Position numbers and translations under genes: made by a program | In this document: positions 1 through 12,725 of the stretch, piece by piece | How positions within the stretch are numbered: position 1 is the first letter of the stretch | Layout of the letters: each line of letters begins with the position of its first letter | NCBI RefSeq assembly: GCF_009914755.1 | Contig: NC_060925.1 | Reading direction: 5' to 3' (one strand) | DNA length: 64,000 nucleotides | Origin: the human T2T-CHM13v2.0 reference genome, Homo sapiens | The notes under the pieces: model-generated | Database searches by the model: none | What the model was told of the DNA's origin: nothing | Seen by the model: the letters and a program-made list of their open reading frames with translations, nothing else

Positions 1-1787
1 CTTTATTTTCCTTTTCTAAGATGGCCTCAAGATTCAAGGTGCAATTAGTTTGGGAAAGCCTGTATAGTCTGTCTCAGGAATCCACAGGGCACATTCGCAT
101 ATTAAAGGCTCTGAAAATTCCTGCAGAAGAAGAAATCTGCTGAACTCTGGTTTAGGAAGCGCTTACTGGACCACAGAATCCCTTCCCAGTGCCCATCACA
201 GCCCATGGAGCTGGTGCAGCTCCTAACTGTATGCTGAGGCCCTGCCTCTCCGTCCAGTGGCCTCCCCCTCCCCTGGGCCAGGCCAGCACAGCCCGTATGA
301 GGAGTTGCGGGGTACAGGGGGCTGCAGGCAGGGTATTCCTGGGCTTTGTTCCTCCACGGTTCCATCTCAGGGTGTACATGCGGAAGGACCAGCGAGTCAG
401 CTGCTCCAGGCTGGCGCTCATCTGCCACTCTGCCCACCGGGGAGCCCGGCTTGGAGGAGGGGTGCCCAAGGTAAATGGTGCTGCCAGGACCAGGGAGACT
501 CCGGCTGAAACATGGGCAGGGTCTGGGAAAAACCTGGCACCGGACCAGGATAAAAGTGGAATTCAGAGAATCCATGAGCAGGAAGGACACCCCCCAGCAA
601 GAGGAGTGGGTCCGAACCCCACTGCACCCGGGCCACAGGCTCCGCAAGGCGTTGTGGGCTCTGGAAGCCCCGGTCATGAGGCCCCACCGCCCCGCCCGGC
701 ACTAAGTAAGTGGCTCTCAGGGAAATCATAACACGATTAGCAGCTTCCGGCCAGTCTCACGGGCGTTAGCCTACTCCTCGCTCCTACACAAACACGGCAG
801 GGCTCCCAGGCCCTGACATTGTCCTCCACGGCCGGGTGTCCAGGTCACACGGAAGCAAGGAAATTTCACAACGGCTGGGGGCTGGGGGGCATCATCGGCT
901 CAGGGGCCTCCCCTGTCCCTCCCCTGCCAGCAGGGGCTGGAGGGTGATGGAGAAACAAGGAAGGGGGCAAAGGGTGAGAAAAGAGAGGGCAGAGACAGAG
1001 CCAAGCCCTGACCCACAGGGCCCTCTAAAGAGTGAGCGTCTGTCCTGCACAGGGGCCGTGTAAAGAGCGAGCATCTGTCCTGCACAGGGGCCGTGCACCC
1101 CACCATCATCCTCCAGCTCACAGGGACAGCGGTGCCCTGGTCTAGGAAGCAGGGAGGACCCTGGCTGGGCGCGGCCCCAGTGCCCACAGGCACACTGGCT
1201 GGGGAGACCGTGAGCAGCCGTGTGTGACTCTCAGCAGACCCCACAGAGGCAGAGCCTCCCAGGGGCTGAGGGGCTCCAGCACCTGCAGGGACCTTGAGAC
1301 TCCCACCCAACACAAGCCCCCGACCCCACCAGCAGCCGCGCCCCGCCCTCCTCGCATGAGCCAGCAGAGATGGGAAGCGCACGGCAGAGCTGGAATGTGG
1401 CGTCGGAAACGCTCGGCTAACCCAGGGTGGGAAGGCAGAACCTCAGCTGAGCACGGGGAGGCAGGAAGAGATATCCCAGAACCACCGAACAGGGGGTAAG
1501 GCCCTGGGCTCGGTCCCCAGAGACCCCTGCTCACAAGCCCTTGGCCAAGGGATGCCAAGACCAAGGTGCCCGATCACCGTGTGTGCCACTGTCACTGTCA
1601 CTGCTACTAACAGGAGTCACCACAGGCCAAGCAGACTTCACCCAGGCCTCCTCCTCTAAGAACAAGAGCTGGCACTGCTTGAGCTCTTACTGTATACAGG
1701 CACCAAGCAAAGGCTCCACATGAAGTGACTCATTTAATCCCAGGTTTTCAGGTGGGTGTTGTCACACCTAAGTCCTGGAGCCTGAGG

Positions 1788-2054
1788 CCTGATGGGGGCG
1801 CGGGCGAGGGGGCTGTTGGGGGCTGCTACCAAGGTCTCAGAGCTCACAAGGGACCTGATGGGGGCGCCAGCGAGGCAGCTGGTGGGGGCTGCTACCAAGG
1901 TCTCGTAGCTCACAAGGGACCCGATGGGGGCGCCGGCAAGGGGGCTGTTGGGGGCTGCTACCAAGGTCTCGTAGCTCACAAGGGACCGGATGGGGGCACC
2001 AGCGAGGGGGCTGGTGGGGGCTGCTACCAAGGTCTCGTAGCTCACAAGCGACCT
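1788..2054. repeat. Minisatellite, 66-bp unit x4
   Basis: Units start at 1788, 1854, 1920 and 1986 (ccNgatggggg...gggggctgctaccaaggtctc...gctcacaaggga). Confidence 0.95.
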
Positions 2055-4199
2055 GGAGGGAACTGAGCCCAGTACTGAGCCATGTTTTCCACTCTTGGCT
2101 GCTTGGACGGGCATCGGCATCCGGCCCATCAGCGAACACTTGCTCCACATGCTGGCTCAGGTCAGGCCAGGCCAGGGTCCCTGAGGCCACCCATTCTGCC
2201 CTGCCAGGGCACTACTGTGGGATGCAGAGAAGCCCCCAGCCCCAGCCAGCCCAACAACCTCACACAGTGGCCCCAGGAGAGCAGCCGGTCTAGAGAGAGG
2301 CTGGCACGGTGCCCCCAGGCCTGCAGGTCCCGGCGTGCAGCCCACTGCCCTGAGAGGGGCAGCTTGAGGAAGGGCCTGCAGGCTTCCCTGCCTAGACTGG
2401 AGGCCTCGTGGTGTGGGGAGGTCCAAAAGCCTTGGCCAGGCCCCCCGCTGACCCTGACTCACTGCTCCCTCTCTGACGTTCCGGGCTCCCAGGCAGCCCC
2501 CCAGACACTCCCGCAGTCCCCAGCACCACCCTCCAGGCCCCCAATGGCCCTCATCTGCTCATCCTCACTCCTGCAGGCCTCGTCACACCCTGGCCACAGG
2601 AGAAGCATCTGCTCACAGTCAGCATCCCAGCCATGAGCTCCACATGGGCAAGCACCCGCTGCCAGGGTCCCCGAACCCCCAGGACTCGGCAGCAGCTGAG
2701 CCAAAACCCAGCAAACAATTGAGTGACCAAATAAATGAATGACTCTGTGGCTAGCACAGGACGCGCCAGGCAGCACCCCTCCCACCCTTGGGGCTCAGGG
2801 GTAGCCCGTGTGAACCCTGACTCCTACCCACCCACCGCCCCCCTCACTTGCTGGGACCCAGCCATGGGGTTGAACAGGGAGCGGCCAGAGAAGGAGATCA
2901 CAGGGATTCCCCGGACCATGAAAACAAGCAAAAGTAAAAGGTACAAACAAGCAAATCTTGCGCTAAAAACGAATGTTTAAAAACAAGAAGAAAGCCAAAG
3001 CTCAAGTCCAGGATCTGTGTGGAGACCCCACCGACGTGACAACCAGGACCCCCACCCTCCCCTGCTCCCTGCCCCCAGCCTCAGCCCAGCCCGGGCTGCC
3101 CCGGGGAGGGTCTCAGCCAAGATGCCCTCCACCCCACTCCGGCCAGCAGGGCCAGGCCAGGGCAGAGCCACCACGTTCTTCTAAGGCTCCAGGGTCCCAC
3201 ATGCAGATGGCGGCCTAGTGCCTGGCCACAGTACAGGCAGACAGAGCTGGCAGGACGGGCCCAAAGCTCACCTCGAGCCAGGCTGGTGATGGAGATGGGC
3301 ACACTCACTAGGCCCTGCTGGGACCATCGAGACACTGAGATCCCCACAGCGGGGAGCGGCTGAACCAGCCTCGGGGGACGACCCAGCAGCCCCTGCCCTC
3401 AAGCCTGACTCTGAGACAGTTACTGCTGACGCAGGTGAACACAGGGGCACACGAGGATAGCCAGAGCCCAGCTCGGGGCTCGGAGGGGACGGCATCGGGG
3501 GAACGCGGCTGCGCACACCTCTACCTGCAGTTGCCTTCCCCGCCCGGGCTCTCCACCCCCGCCCCACCCAGGACCCCAGGCCCAGGGGCACCCCCACCCC
3601 CGCCCCAGCCATTCATGCGGCTGTGCCTTCAAGTCCCCTCCTGGGAACAAAAAGCCCGCTCTCCCCCAGTAAACCCTGGGGACTCGGGCTGGCAGCCCCA
3701 CTTCCTCTCCCCGCCCCCGGCCTGCTCCAAGCTGCCTATTGTTTCCCCCCATTATTAGAATCCCCTTTGGCAGGCCCCAGAACCCCTGCCTCAGAGTGGA
3801 AACCCGGGGGAGCCTTGGCTTTGATGTCTGCCCCCTCCCCACTAAAAAGACCCCTTTGTTCCTCCCAGACGACAGGAGCAAAGAAACAGGCACAGCTCAG
3901 GTGCCATCAGCAACAGTGGGGGCTGGGACCCCCTCCGAGGGGCGGCTGGCCAGCACCCCCCTCCCTGCTGCCAGCAGTGGCCCCATCTCCTCCTCCTTCC
4001 TTGTTACTCTCCTCCCTTCCTGGAGAGAATTACCCACTTCCTCTACTGGAAAAACATGGCCATCATCCCTTCTCTTCCCCTTTTCCTGCTGGAGCTCGGG
4101 CCAGGACGGGCAACTTCAGCCCCGGTTTGCAGCCTGCATGCTTCCTGTGTGAGAAGAGCCCCTGCGGCTCCAGGCAACTACCCGCCATAAGGACCCCTA

Positions 4200-4680
<481 letters not shown>

Positions 4681-5463
4681 TTATGGGACAGGGTCCCATG
4701 ACCTCTGGACTGACCCCTCCCAGGGAGGGACACTGACCCCTTTGCCCAGGCGGTTTCACTGGCGGGGCTTCTGTCCCCATGCCTGAAACCCTTCCCAAAC
4801 ATCTCTGTAGCTGTGAGCCCCATTCCTTTTACAAAGCAGAGGCTTGAGAGCCGCCCGCTCAGCTCAGACCACCCAATTCCAGTCCTGGGCCCCCATCTCT
4901 GAGCCCCAGCACATCAGCACCTGCCCGGGTCAGGTCGTATGCAGCACGGGCCTCTCCAATTGTGCTGGCTACATAACGGAGAGAGGAAGGAGCGGCTCCC
5001 TTACACCCACTGAAGCTGAGGCCCGCCACCCGGCCCGGATTGGCCTTGGGAGAACACGGTATAGGGAAACAGGGCAGGGAGAGGGACTCAGGGAGCTGGG
5101 GGTGAGCGTGGTGTGGCAGGTAAACCCCGAACTAGGCTCAGGAGTCCATGAACCACAGACACCAATGCATGGCCCCAGGAAACCCTCAGACACCCTGCCA
5201 ATGGCAGGCTCCTGTCCTCCGGCAGAGCCAGCAAAGTGGACTGACCCCACCCGGCCCCAGCTCTCTCTTTCCGCAGCTCTGCCAGCCTCGCTGACGTCGC
5301 TTTTGCAGCCTTTGGCAAACGGCGTTGCTGAGCGAGTGTTCCCTGAGTCTCTCGTGTTGCTGGGGAAGGGCGATCCCCACCAGGCCCGGGGCAGATTCAT
5401 GGCTCTGCTGAGTCCTCTGGGGTGGAGGTGGAGGGAGGGCGGGGAGGCGCAGGCGGCACTCAC

Positions 5464-5573
5464 CCGAGAGGCAGCCCTCCTCGTCGGGCTGCTGCATCCA
5501 CCCTCGGCAGCACCTGAGCACGGTCCGGGCCTCCGTGGTATACACCTGCCTGTAGCCCATGTAGTAGACGGTT
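5464..5573 (-). CDS. MEGF6: MEGF6 coding exon 3 (EMI domain C-terminal part; TVYYMGYRQVYTTEARTVLRCCRGWMQQPDEEGCLS)
   Basis: Minus strand tttctag|AACCGTCTAC...CTCTCGG|gtgagt; 110 nt; phase continues from exon 2; CCxGW EMI motif. Later exons lie beyond the left edge. Confidence 0.95.
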
Positions 5574-6555
5574 CTAGAAAGAAAGAGAGAAGGGAAGTGC
5601 TTACCGTCGCGGGACTGGCTGTATTCGGCTCTCACTGCACCCCTGGGGAGACTGACTCTGCGTCAGCCGGGTTCCCGGCGGCACAGGCTGCAGCACCAAG
5701 GTTCCTGGGTGGGGTGGCTGATGCCAATGCCCAGCCAGGTTCTTCTGAACGAGGGGGCAGCATGGAGGCAGCAGGGGCCATGCTGGAGCCAGCGACAGTG
5801 GCCTCGTGCTGCATGCAACCCGGGAACACGCTACCTCACTGCCCCTGCCTGGCCCCCTCCCTCCCGACGGTGGTCCTGGCTCCAGGCTGGCGTTGGGACG
5901 CATATCTCACCGCTCACTCGGCTCTCAGTACCAGGCAGGTCTGTGAGCATCTCGGGGAGTTGGAAGTGCCCAGCCCTGGAGCCAGAATGGCTTCTGGGAT
6001 GAGCCAAGTGGGCCCATGGTGCCCGGGACCGGGTGGGCTGTGCCAGGCAGGGGAGGTGCCAGTTCAAACTCCATATTCTGAGTCCATCAGTGAAGCAGAC
6101 GGCCCCAATAGGAGCCCCACACACAGGTGCAATGGCCACTGCCCCCTACACCTAGGAGGACAAAGCTGAGCTGGGGAGACAGAGGAGACCTGGAGGAAGC
6201 AGTTAGGGGAGCAGCAGGAGGACCTGTGTGGGCCCAGGTCAGAGAGGAGGCACCATGGCGGGCAGGCAGGGAGGGCTTCCCGGAGGCAGTGTGGCCAGGG
6301 CAGCCTTGGTTCACAGGCTGGCTCCTGCTCAGATGGGACGGGCTGCGGCTGTCACTAAGGCCGAGCAGAAAATGGTAAGGCCCCCCAGGAGACGGCAGTG
6401 TCCTGCTGGGAATGGGCAGCCCGATCTGGCCAGCCTGAGAAGGTGCCCACAGCCAGAGAGACCCCAGCTACCCAGAGGACATGACGTCCCCCTCCCCAAG
6501 TCCAGACGCTGCCTCAGGCCACCAGCACCGTGCAGTCCACAAAGCCCGGCCACCT

Positions 6556-6863
6556 CAGGGCACCCTGCGCCATCCCCTGCCAAGCCCCCATCTCCACCCC
6601 AGGGCACCCCGCGCCATCCCCTGCCCAGCCCCCGTCTCCACCCCAGGGCACCCCGCGCCATCCCCTGCCCAGCCCCCGTCTCCACCCCAGGGCACCCCGC
6701 GCCATCCCCTGCCCAGCCCCCGTCTCCACCCCAGGGCACCCTGCGCCATCCCCTGCCCAGCCCCCGTCTCCACCCCAGGGCACCCTGCGCCATCCCCTGC
6801 CCAGACCCCGTCTCCACCCCAGGGCACCCCGCGCCATCCCCTGCCCAGCCCCCGTCTCCACCC
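6556..6863. repeat. Minisatellite, 44-bp unit x7 (C-rich on +)
   Basis: agggcaccc recurs at 6557, 6601, 6645, 6689, 6733, 6777 and 6821. Confidence 0.97.
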
Positions 6864-7584
6864 TGCTCCTACAGGCATCACCAGCCCCCACGCATGGGAA
6901 GTCTTGGCAGAGCATTTGGCAAGGGGCCTGCCTCTCCCACTCTGGAACTCACCCTGAGTGGGACAGCTACAAACCTAGAGCAGAGGGAAGGTGGGAGGTG
7001 GGGGCACCCCAGCCCACAGCCCCAGCAAGCCTCCCACCATCACAGCCCCATCCCGGGGCTCGTAAGTCTCAGTTCCTCCTTGTCTGGGCCTCTTCCAACT
7101 CGAGCTGCCCCCAACAGGCCGCCAACCACCCGCTCCATGCCCCCTAAAGTGAAAGACCCTTGGAGAGGGCTGGTCGGCCCGCGGACCCCGCAGCCCCTGT
7201 GAGGACCGCCCACTCATTGCCCTGCAGCCACCAGCAGCTCACACAGCTCCACTGCCACCAGGGAGCTGGTTCACGCAGGGCTGGGGTCATCAGGGGAATG
7301 AGGCCTTGGCCACACGGATGCCTACTCCTCTGCCTTCTGGAAGGTTCGCTGCCTCTCGAGGAAGCTCCTTTCCTGCTTCCCCAGAGCATGGGTCACATGA
7401 GCCCCAGGATCCGCCTGCCCACCCTGCCGTCCTTCCTCGGGAAGCCGCCCTGACGCCTGGGTCCTCACCCCTCCACTGCCCAAACAGCCTCCACCCTCAC
7501 TCTAGCAAGGACTACTAGCAAGACAGACGGCCACCTGTGCCACCTGCCCACCCTGACGCCCTGTCTCCCGCTGCTTGTTCTGCA

Positions 7585-8003
7585 GTGACTAATGTCCCCA
7601 CAAACTCAGGTCCACCCGGCTGTGACCTTACTTCTTGGAAATAGGGTCTCTGCTTCACCTGCAGTCAAGTTAACATGAGGTCATTCACAGTGGATGGGGG
7701 ACCCTAATCCAGTGACGGGCGCCCTTATAAGAAGAGGGAAATTTGGACGCAGGCACAGGGGATGGCTGTGTGAACAGGAAGGCAGAGACGGAAGTGGCGG
7801 CCACAAGCCAAGGCACTCCCAGACAGCCGGCTGCAGAAGCTGGGGGCTGTGACAGACGCCCCCTCAGAGCCCCTGCAGGGGCCCAGCCTGCCCACACCTT
7901 GATCTCGGACTTCCGGCCTCTGGAGCTGGGAGAGAATAAAGCCCTGCTGTTTTGAAGCCACCTGGTTTGTCGGGGCTCACTGCAGCAGTGGCAGGAAACT
8001 CTT
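7585..8003 (+). mobile_element. MLT1-family (ERVL-MaLR) solo LTR
   Basis: TGTGACCTTA..GGAAATAGGGTCT, CCCTAATCCA..CCTTATAAGAAGAGG, CACACCTTGATCTCGGACTTCCGGCCTC..AATAAA..AAGCCACC. Confidence 0.85.
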
Positions 8004-11000
8004 GCACAGCTCACCGCGTGGTACCTGCCCAGGGGTCCCAAGGCTCTGAGGCCTTTGTGTTTGCAAGGACAACTGCTCACGTGCATGTGAGCAGCGGGAG
8101 GATGGAGACAGAGGCAGAGAGGGACAGAGGCAAGACAGAGAGACATAGAAAGAGAAATCGAAGGAGTAGAAGATGCGCCCGCCCCGGGCCTGCCCTGCAG
8201 CCTGCAGACCCCACAGCCAGCCACCCTCCCCCATCTCTGCCGCTGTCTGCAGGGGCGGTGACCAGGGGCCCAGCCAACAGCCTGGGATCAAGGGCCCTTG
8301 AGCCTCTGGGAGCGGCCAAGGCAGCCGGGCTGCCGTCTCTGGGTAACAAAACACCCCCAGCTTGCCGGGGCTGCTGCATGGGAAGCCGGAGGTGGGCCCT
8401 GGGGACCCTGATCCAACAAACAAGCGGGGCCAGTGGCCGGCCGGCGGGCGGGCCGCTTCCCGGAAGCACGTGCTCATGCACGCGCACTGCACAGAGACGC
8501 TCTGGGAGCGCCTTGCAAACCCCGTCTTGGCAGGACATGAAACCACTTGCCCGGACAGAAACCGACCACCACGGCGAACAATATTTGGCAGAGCTGAGAG
8601 TGTTTGGGCCTGTGCGTGGTAAATATTTATCCCCCTCTCCCAGGCTGCAGCAGTGCCGGGCTACGTGCTGCTTCCCTGGGCCGCTGACCACCCCCTCCAT
8701 CCCCCCAAAAGGGAATGACCCTTGCAGTCCCTGCAGCCCCGTGAAGACCAGCCCTCCGTTCTCCTGCAGCCAGCACCAGCCCACACGGGCTCCAACGCTG
8801 GGGAGCTGGTTCACGCAGGGCGGGGGTCGTCATGGTAACGAGCCCCCCCCCCGCCCGGGGCCCACTCCTCTGCCTTCTGCAGCCACCAGCTCACAGTGGA
8901 GGCCACGGCTCAGGGAGTGTGGGCCTGGCAGGAGGGACCTGAGCGGCAGCTCCACCATCAGAGCCCCTCCCCCACCCCTTCCTTCTCAGGGACCTTGCTC
9001 TGCAGAGCGCGGGAGCCCCTTTATTCAAAGGGCCCCCGGCCGGGTTTGTCAGGGAAGTACCCACTGAGGGGGCTGAAGGCAAGACCCCTGAATACCCGGG
9101 CGCCCTCTCAGCTGTACTCACAGCCTCACCTACTCTGGGCCGGGCCGGGCTGGAGCACCCATCACCCCGCGGCCCTGCCTGAGGCAGGCAGCAGGCTCCA
9201 CAGCCCAGAAGCCAGACGAGGGGCTGACGCCTGCTGCCCTTCTGACCGCAGCCACCACAACACCACAACACAGCCACTGCGGGGCCAGCCCGGGGAGGGG
9301 GCTCATCTAATCCTCACCGCTGCTGTGAGCCAGGTGGGGAAACTGAGGCTTTGGCGGGTTCCCACCCTACTGGGTCTCATCCAGCCTGCTGGCCTCCCCC
9401 CCAGAGCTCAGGAGAGGAGGTGTCTCCTTGTCTGTCCAGGGCAGGAGGGTGACCCTGCACCAGGCAAGCCAGGGTGCCCTCGGGCTGTGGGGTGAGCAGC
9501 TGCTGCCTCTCGCCCTCGGCTCTCAGCCACCCTGCATCCTGCTCCAACCAACTGGAGAATTACCAGTGGAAAAGAATCACCACAGAAAGAGAAGGCCAGA
9601 AGCCAAGCCCTCGGGGACACTGTCCTGACAATGAGGCCCCAACAACCTGGCACAGGCACACTGCAGGCACAGCTGGACATTCAGAGCCACATGTGGCACC
9701 CTTCAGGCCTGGGCAGGGTGCCTGCCGCCAAGCCTAGCTGTGGCCTCACAGCCCGAGTCACCAGTCACCCAGTCGTGTGACGGTGGAGGGCCTGGCAGCA
9801 GTCTCGGCCCGGCTGGCGAGGTGGCAGATGGAGGTGCGTAGAGGCTGAGGGGCGTGCGTGGTGCCCTGCCGGCCAGCACTCATGCTTGCTCCTCACTCCA
9901 GGGCCTGAGGAAGCCCAGGCCAGCCCCTGACCCTGCCCTGCTGGGGCTGTTCTGCGCGTGGGCACCCCGTTTCTGTGCCCTGTTTCTGGGCTGTGCCAGG
10001 CAGCCCAGAAAGGGTTAGGCTCTGACAGGCACGACCCCAGGCCCAGGAAATACTGTCAGCTCAGTTCACGGGTGAGAAAAAGGAGGCTGACGTCGCCAGG
10101 CTGGTAGGGGTGGAACCAGCGATGAAACCACGAGCCTCCCATGGCACCAGCTCACCCTTGAGTCACCCCTCAGTGCCACAGTGCTGTGGGGTCCCGCCTC
10201 AGCTGCCCCGGCCTGGGCTGCAGCGCCAGGAGCCTGCCCAGCCCTTCCCTGCATCTCCCCAGCCCGGGCTGCCTTCCCTGCATCTCCCCAGAACCCAGGG
10301 GCCTCAAATGCTCAGTGCCCCGGCTGAATGGTGGCCAAGCTAATGAGCAGCGCTGCCCTTGCTGAGCCCAGCCACACATACCCAGGTATCTGCTGTGTGG
10401 CAGAGCTGTCCCTGTGGGCACAGGAGGAGTGGCCTGTGCCCACCTCCACGATGGCACCCAGAGCCCAGCTGGGATGCTGGGGTCCCCACCAGTTCCACAG
10501 TGAGTTGGGAACCTGGTCATAAGCACTGGGGGCTCGAGGGCAAATGGGCAAGGGCTCAGGGTTAGGGACGGGGACTCCTGATGGCAGAGGAGGAGAAGCA
10601 ATGCTCTGAAGGAGGACAGGCGGGAGCTGGAGGGCGGGGAACAGGGCTGGCTCCTGGGAGGGATGAAGGGAGCAAGCCTCAGGCCGGTGCTCCAGGCACC
10701 ACCCAAAGTCTTGCCGCGTGGAGTGATATCTGGACCTGGCATCTGAGGAGACTCCCCCGAGGCTGCACAGCTGGATTCAGCCTCCAGCAGCTTGGGAGGG
10801 GACACAAATTGGAAACGTGGGATTTGGGAGCACCCTGTGTCCACGAACAGCCCCAGAAGCATCCCAAAGGGACAGGGGCCCAGGCCACATGTCACCACCT
10901 CACTTGGGGCTGGTTCCAGTAGAGCACACAGGACGCCCATCCCCCCGGCACCAGGGTGGTAAGAAGCCTCTGGTTCCCCCAGGAGCGGGGGCCAGGTGAG

Positions 11001-11621
11001 AACAGCCCAGGGTCCTCGGAGGTGGACCTCGGCCCCTGCCCCATGACAAGCCCAGGACCTTGAGGCAGAATGGCCACCTTTCGGGAGGGAGGGTTGATGA
11101 AGAGGCCCGGACACCCTGCATTGGGTAATGCCGCGAGGGGATCCCCTGCCAGTGCCCCCCCCTCCAAGCAGGGGGACTTTGTCCACGGCTGCCCCCAGTG
11201 CCCTGCCAGGAGGCTGAGGACCCCGGCACATCGGCAATGCTGCTCCCACCCTGCCTTCAGGCTAGCCTAGAGACCACAATGGAGAAATCATGCCCCCATA
11301 GCGAGGGGACTTCCTCAGCCCGGCCACCAGCACTCTCTCCAGCCCTGGGCTCAGATGGCTTCTGGCTGCTTCTAGAAACAGAGCTCTTCCACCACGAGCT
11401 GTTGGCGGGAGACCTGGCTGATGCAAACAAATTCCCGCAGGGAAATCCACCTGCATCCATGCACGCATGACATCCACAGGGCAGGCCCGCATCCACGCAT
11501 GGGTGACAGTCAGGACAGACTGCAAGCTGCTATTTTGGGGAAAACAATGAGAGGAGATTTCTTCTTTTTGCTCAGGGTCCCTGAACCTCAGCCCTCCTGA
11601 GATCTCTTGTTTTGGGGGCTC

Positions 11622-11812
11622 AGGATCCCTGAACCTCAGCCCTCCTGGTACTGGGCCGGGTCGTCTGTTCGGGGGGTCGTCCTGTGTGCTGAGATGCTCA
11701 GCAGCATCCCTGGCCCCCTCAGCCTGCCCAGCTCACCTGTCACCAAACCTGACTCCACATCTCCACTGTCCCGGGGTAGGAAGACAGAACTGCCCCTGAG
11801 TGAGAACCACCA
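11622..11812 (-). mobile_element. MER20 (hAT-Charlie) relic
   Basis: Matches the reverse complement of MER20 (AGCAGCATCCCTGGCC; ends TGAGAACCAC). Its left end is locally duplicated (11570-11599 vs 11618-11647). Confidence 0.65.
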
Positions 11813-12590
11813 TTATTGCTTAACGGTTTTTTTCTCCTCTACTCTGAACACATCTGAATTGCGCAGCAAACACACATTGACCAGAAAGCTGCCAGAGCCC
11901 CCTGGAGCAGGTACAGCAGGTGCAGGTGTCCCGCGTGGACCCCACGCCCAAGGGAGCAGCGCAGAGCAGGGCCTCAGCTTCTCCGCAGATCCCAGGCTGA
12001 GAAGCTAGCCACGATCTTCTCTGAGAATGCGTTCCTGCCTTCCCTCCTGCAGACACACGGAAACTCTCCACCTGACACGGGGGCTGCCAGCTCCCGGCAC
12101 AACCCGCTTTGCGGCAGGGCTGGCTCTGCAGAGCCTGAGTCTATAAAAGGGGGAGAGGTGTGCACAGGCACTCAAGTTCGGTGTTGAAATAAAATCTTGA
12201 GCAGTAAAAAGTTTCACGTGTGTTGGGGAACAAGGCCCTAGGGCCAAGAAGCAGCAGCCTCCCACCGGGCCCCTGGCAGGCTGAGACCACTCTCCCCTTC
12301 CTGTGTGGCCAGCATCCTCCCGGGCTGGGCCCCTCCTCCTCCACACACCCCTCACAAAGGACTCAGGTGCTCGGCTAAACAGGAGAGGGCTACAGCATGT
12401 GAGTAGCCCCATGGCAGCCCCACCCTGAGGGTGGGAGAGGCCTCATGCTCAGATGAGGGCTTCAGGCAGGGGTTGCGTGTGGCCCTGAGACCAGGACGGG
12501 GTCCCGGCCTCAGCTGCCCAGCTCCCGGGTGGTCAGTGCCGCCCTTTGTGTGAATGGAGCCCCTCCCCCAACACGGGCCCCTGCACTTAC

Positions 12591-12725
12591 CTCCGCTCAT
12601 GACCCACGCACCACGCCTGCCACCCACAGCCGGCCTTCCACACCGGCACCGTGTGGCTTAAGGCCTGCACGCACGGCTGGCGGCGGCCCACCAGGGTCAG
12701 CTCCTGCTCAGCACACACGTGGGGC
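12591..12725 (-). CDS. MEGF6: MEGF6 coding exon 2 (EMI domain N-terminal part; PHVCAEQELTLVGRRQPCVQALSHTVPVWKAGCGWQAWCVGHER)
   Basis: ttccag|GCCCCACGTG...GAGCGGAG|gtaagt; 135 nt; phase 2 at both ends, matching exons 1 and 3. Confidence 0.95.

Noticed and set aside
1725-2150. Gly-rich repeat ORF (GPDGG..GGCYQGL)
   Set aside because: 66-bp VNTR; no ATG start or splice support seen.
4844-6169. 441-aa + strand ORF antisense to MEGF6 exon 3
   Set aside because: Non-ATG start, no recognisable domain, GC-rich stop-poor DNA; the real coding exon is on the opposite strand.
6228-7202. Pro-rich ORFs up to 324 aa
   Set aside because: Produced by the 44-bp C-rich minisatellite.
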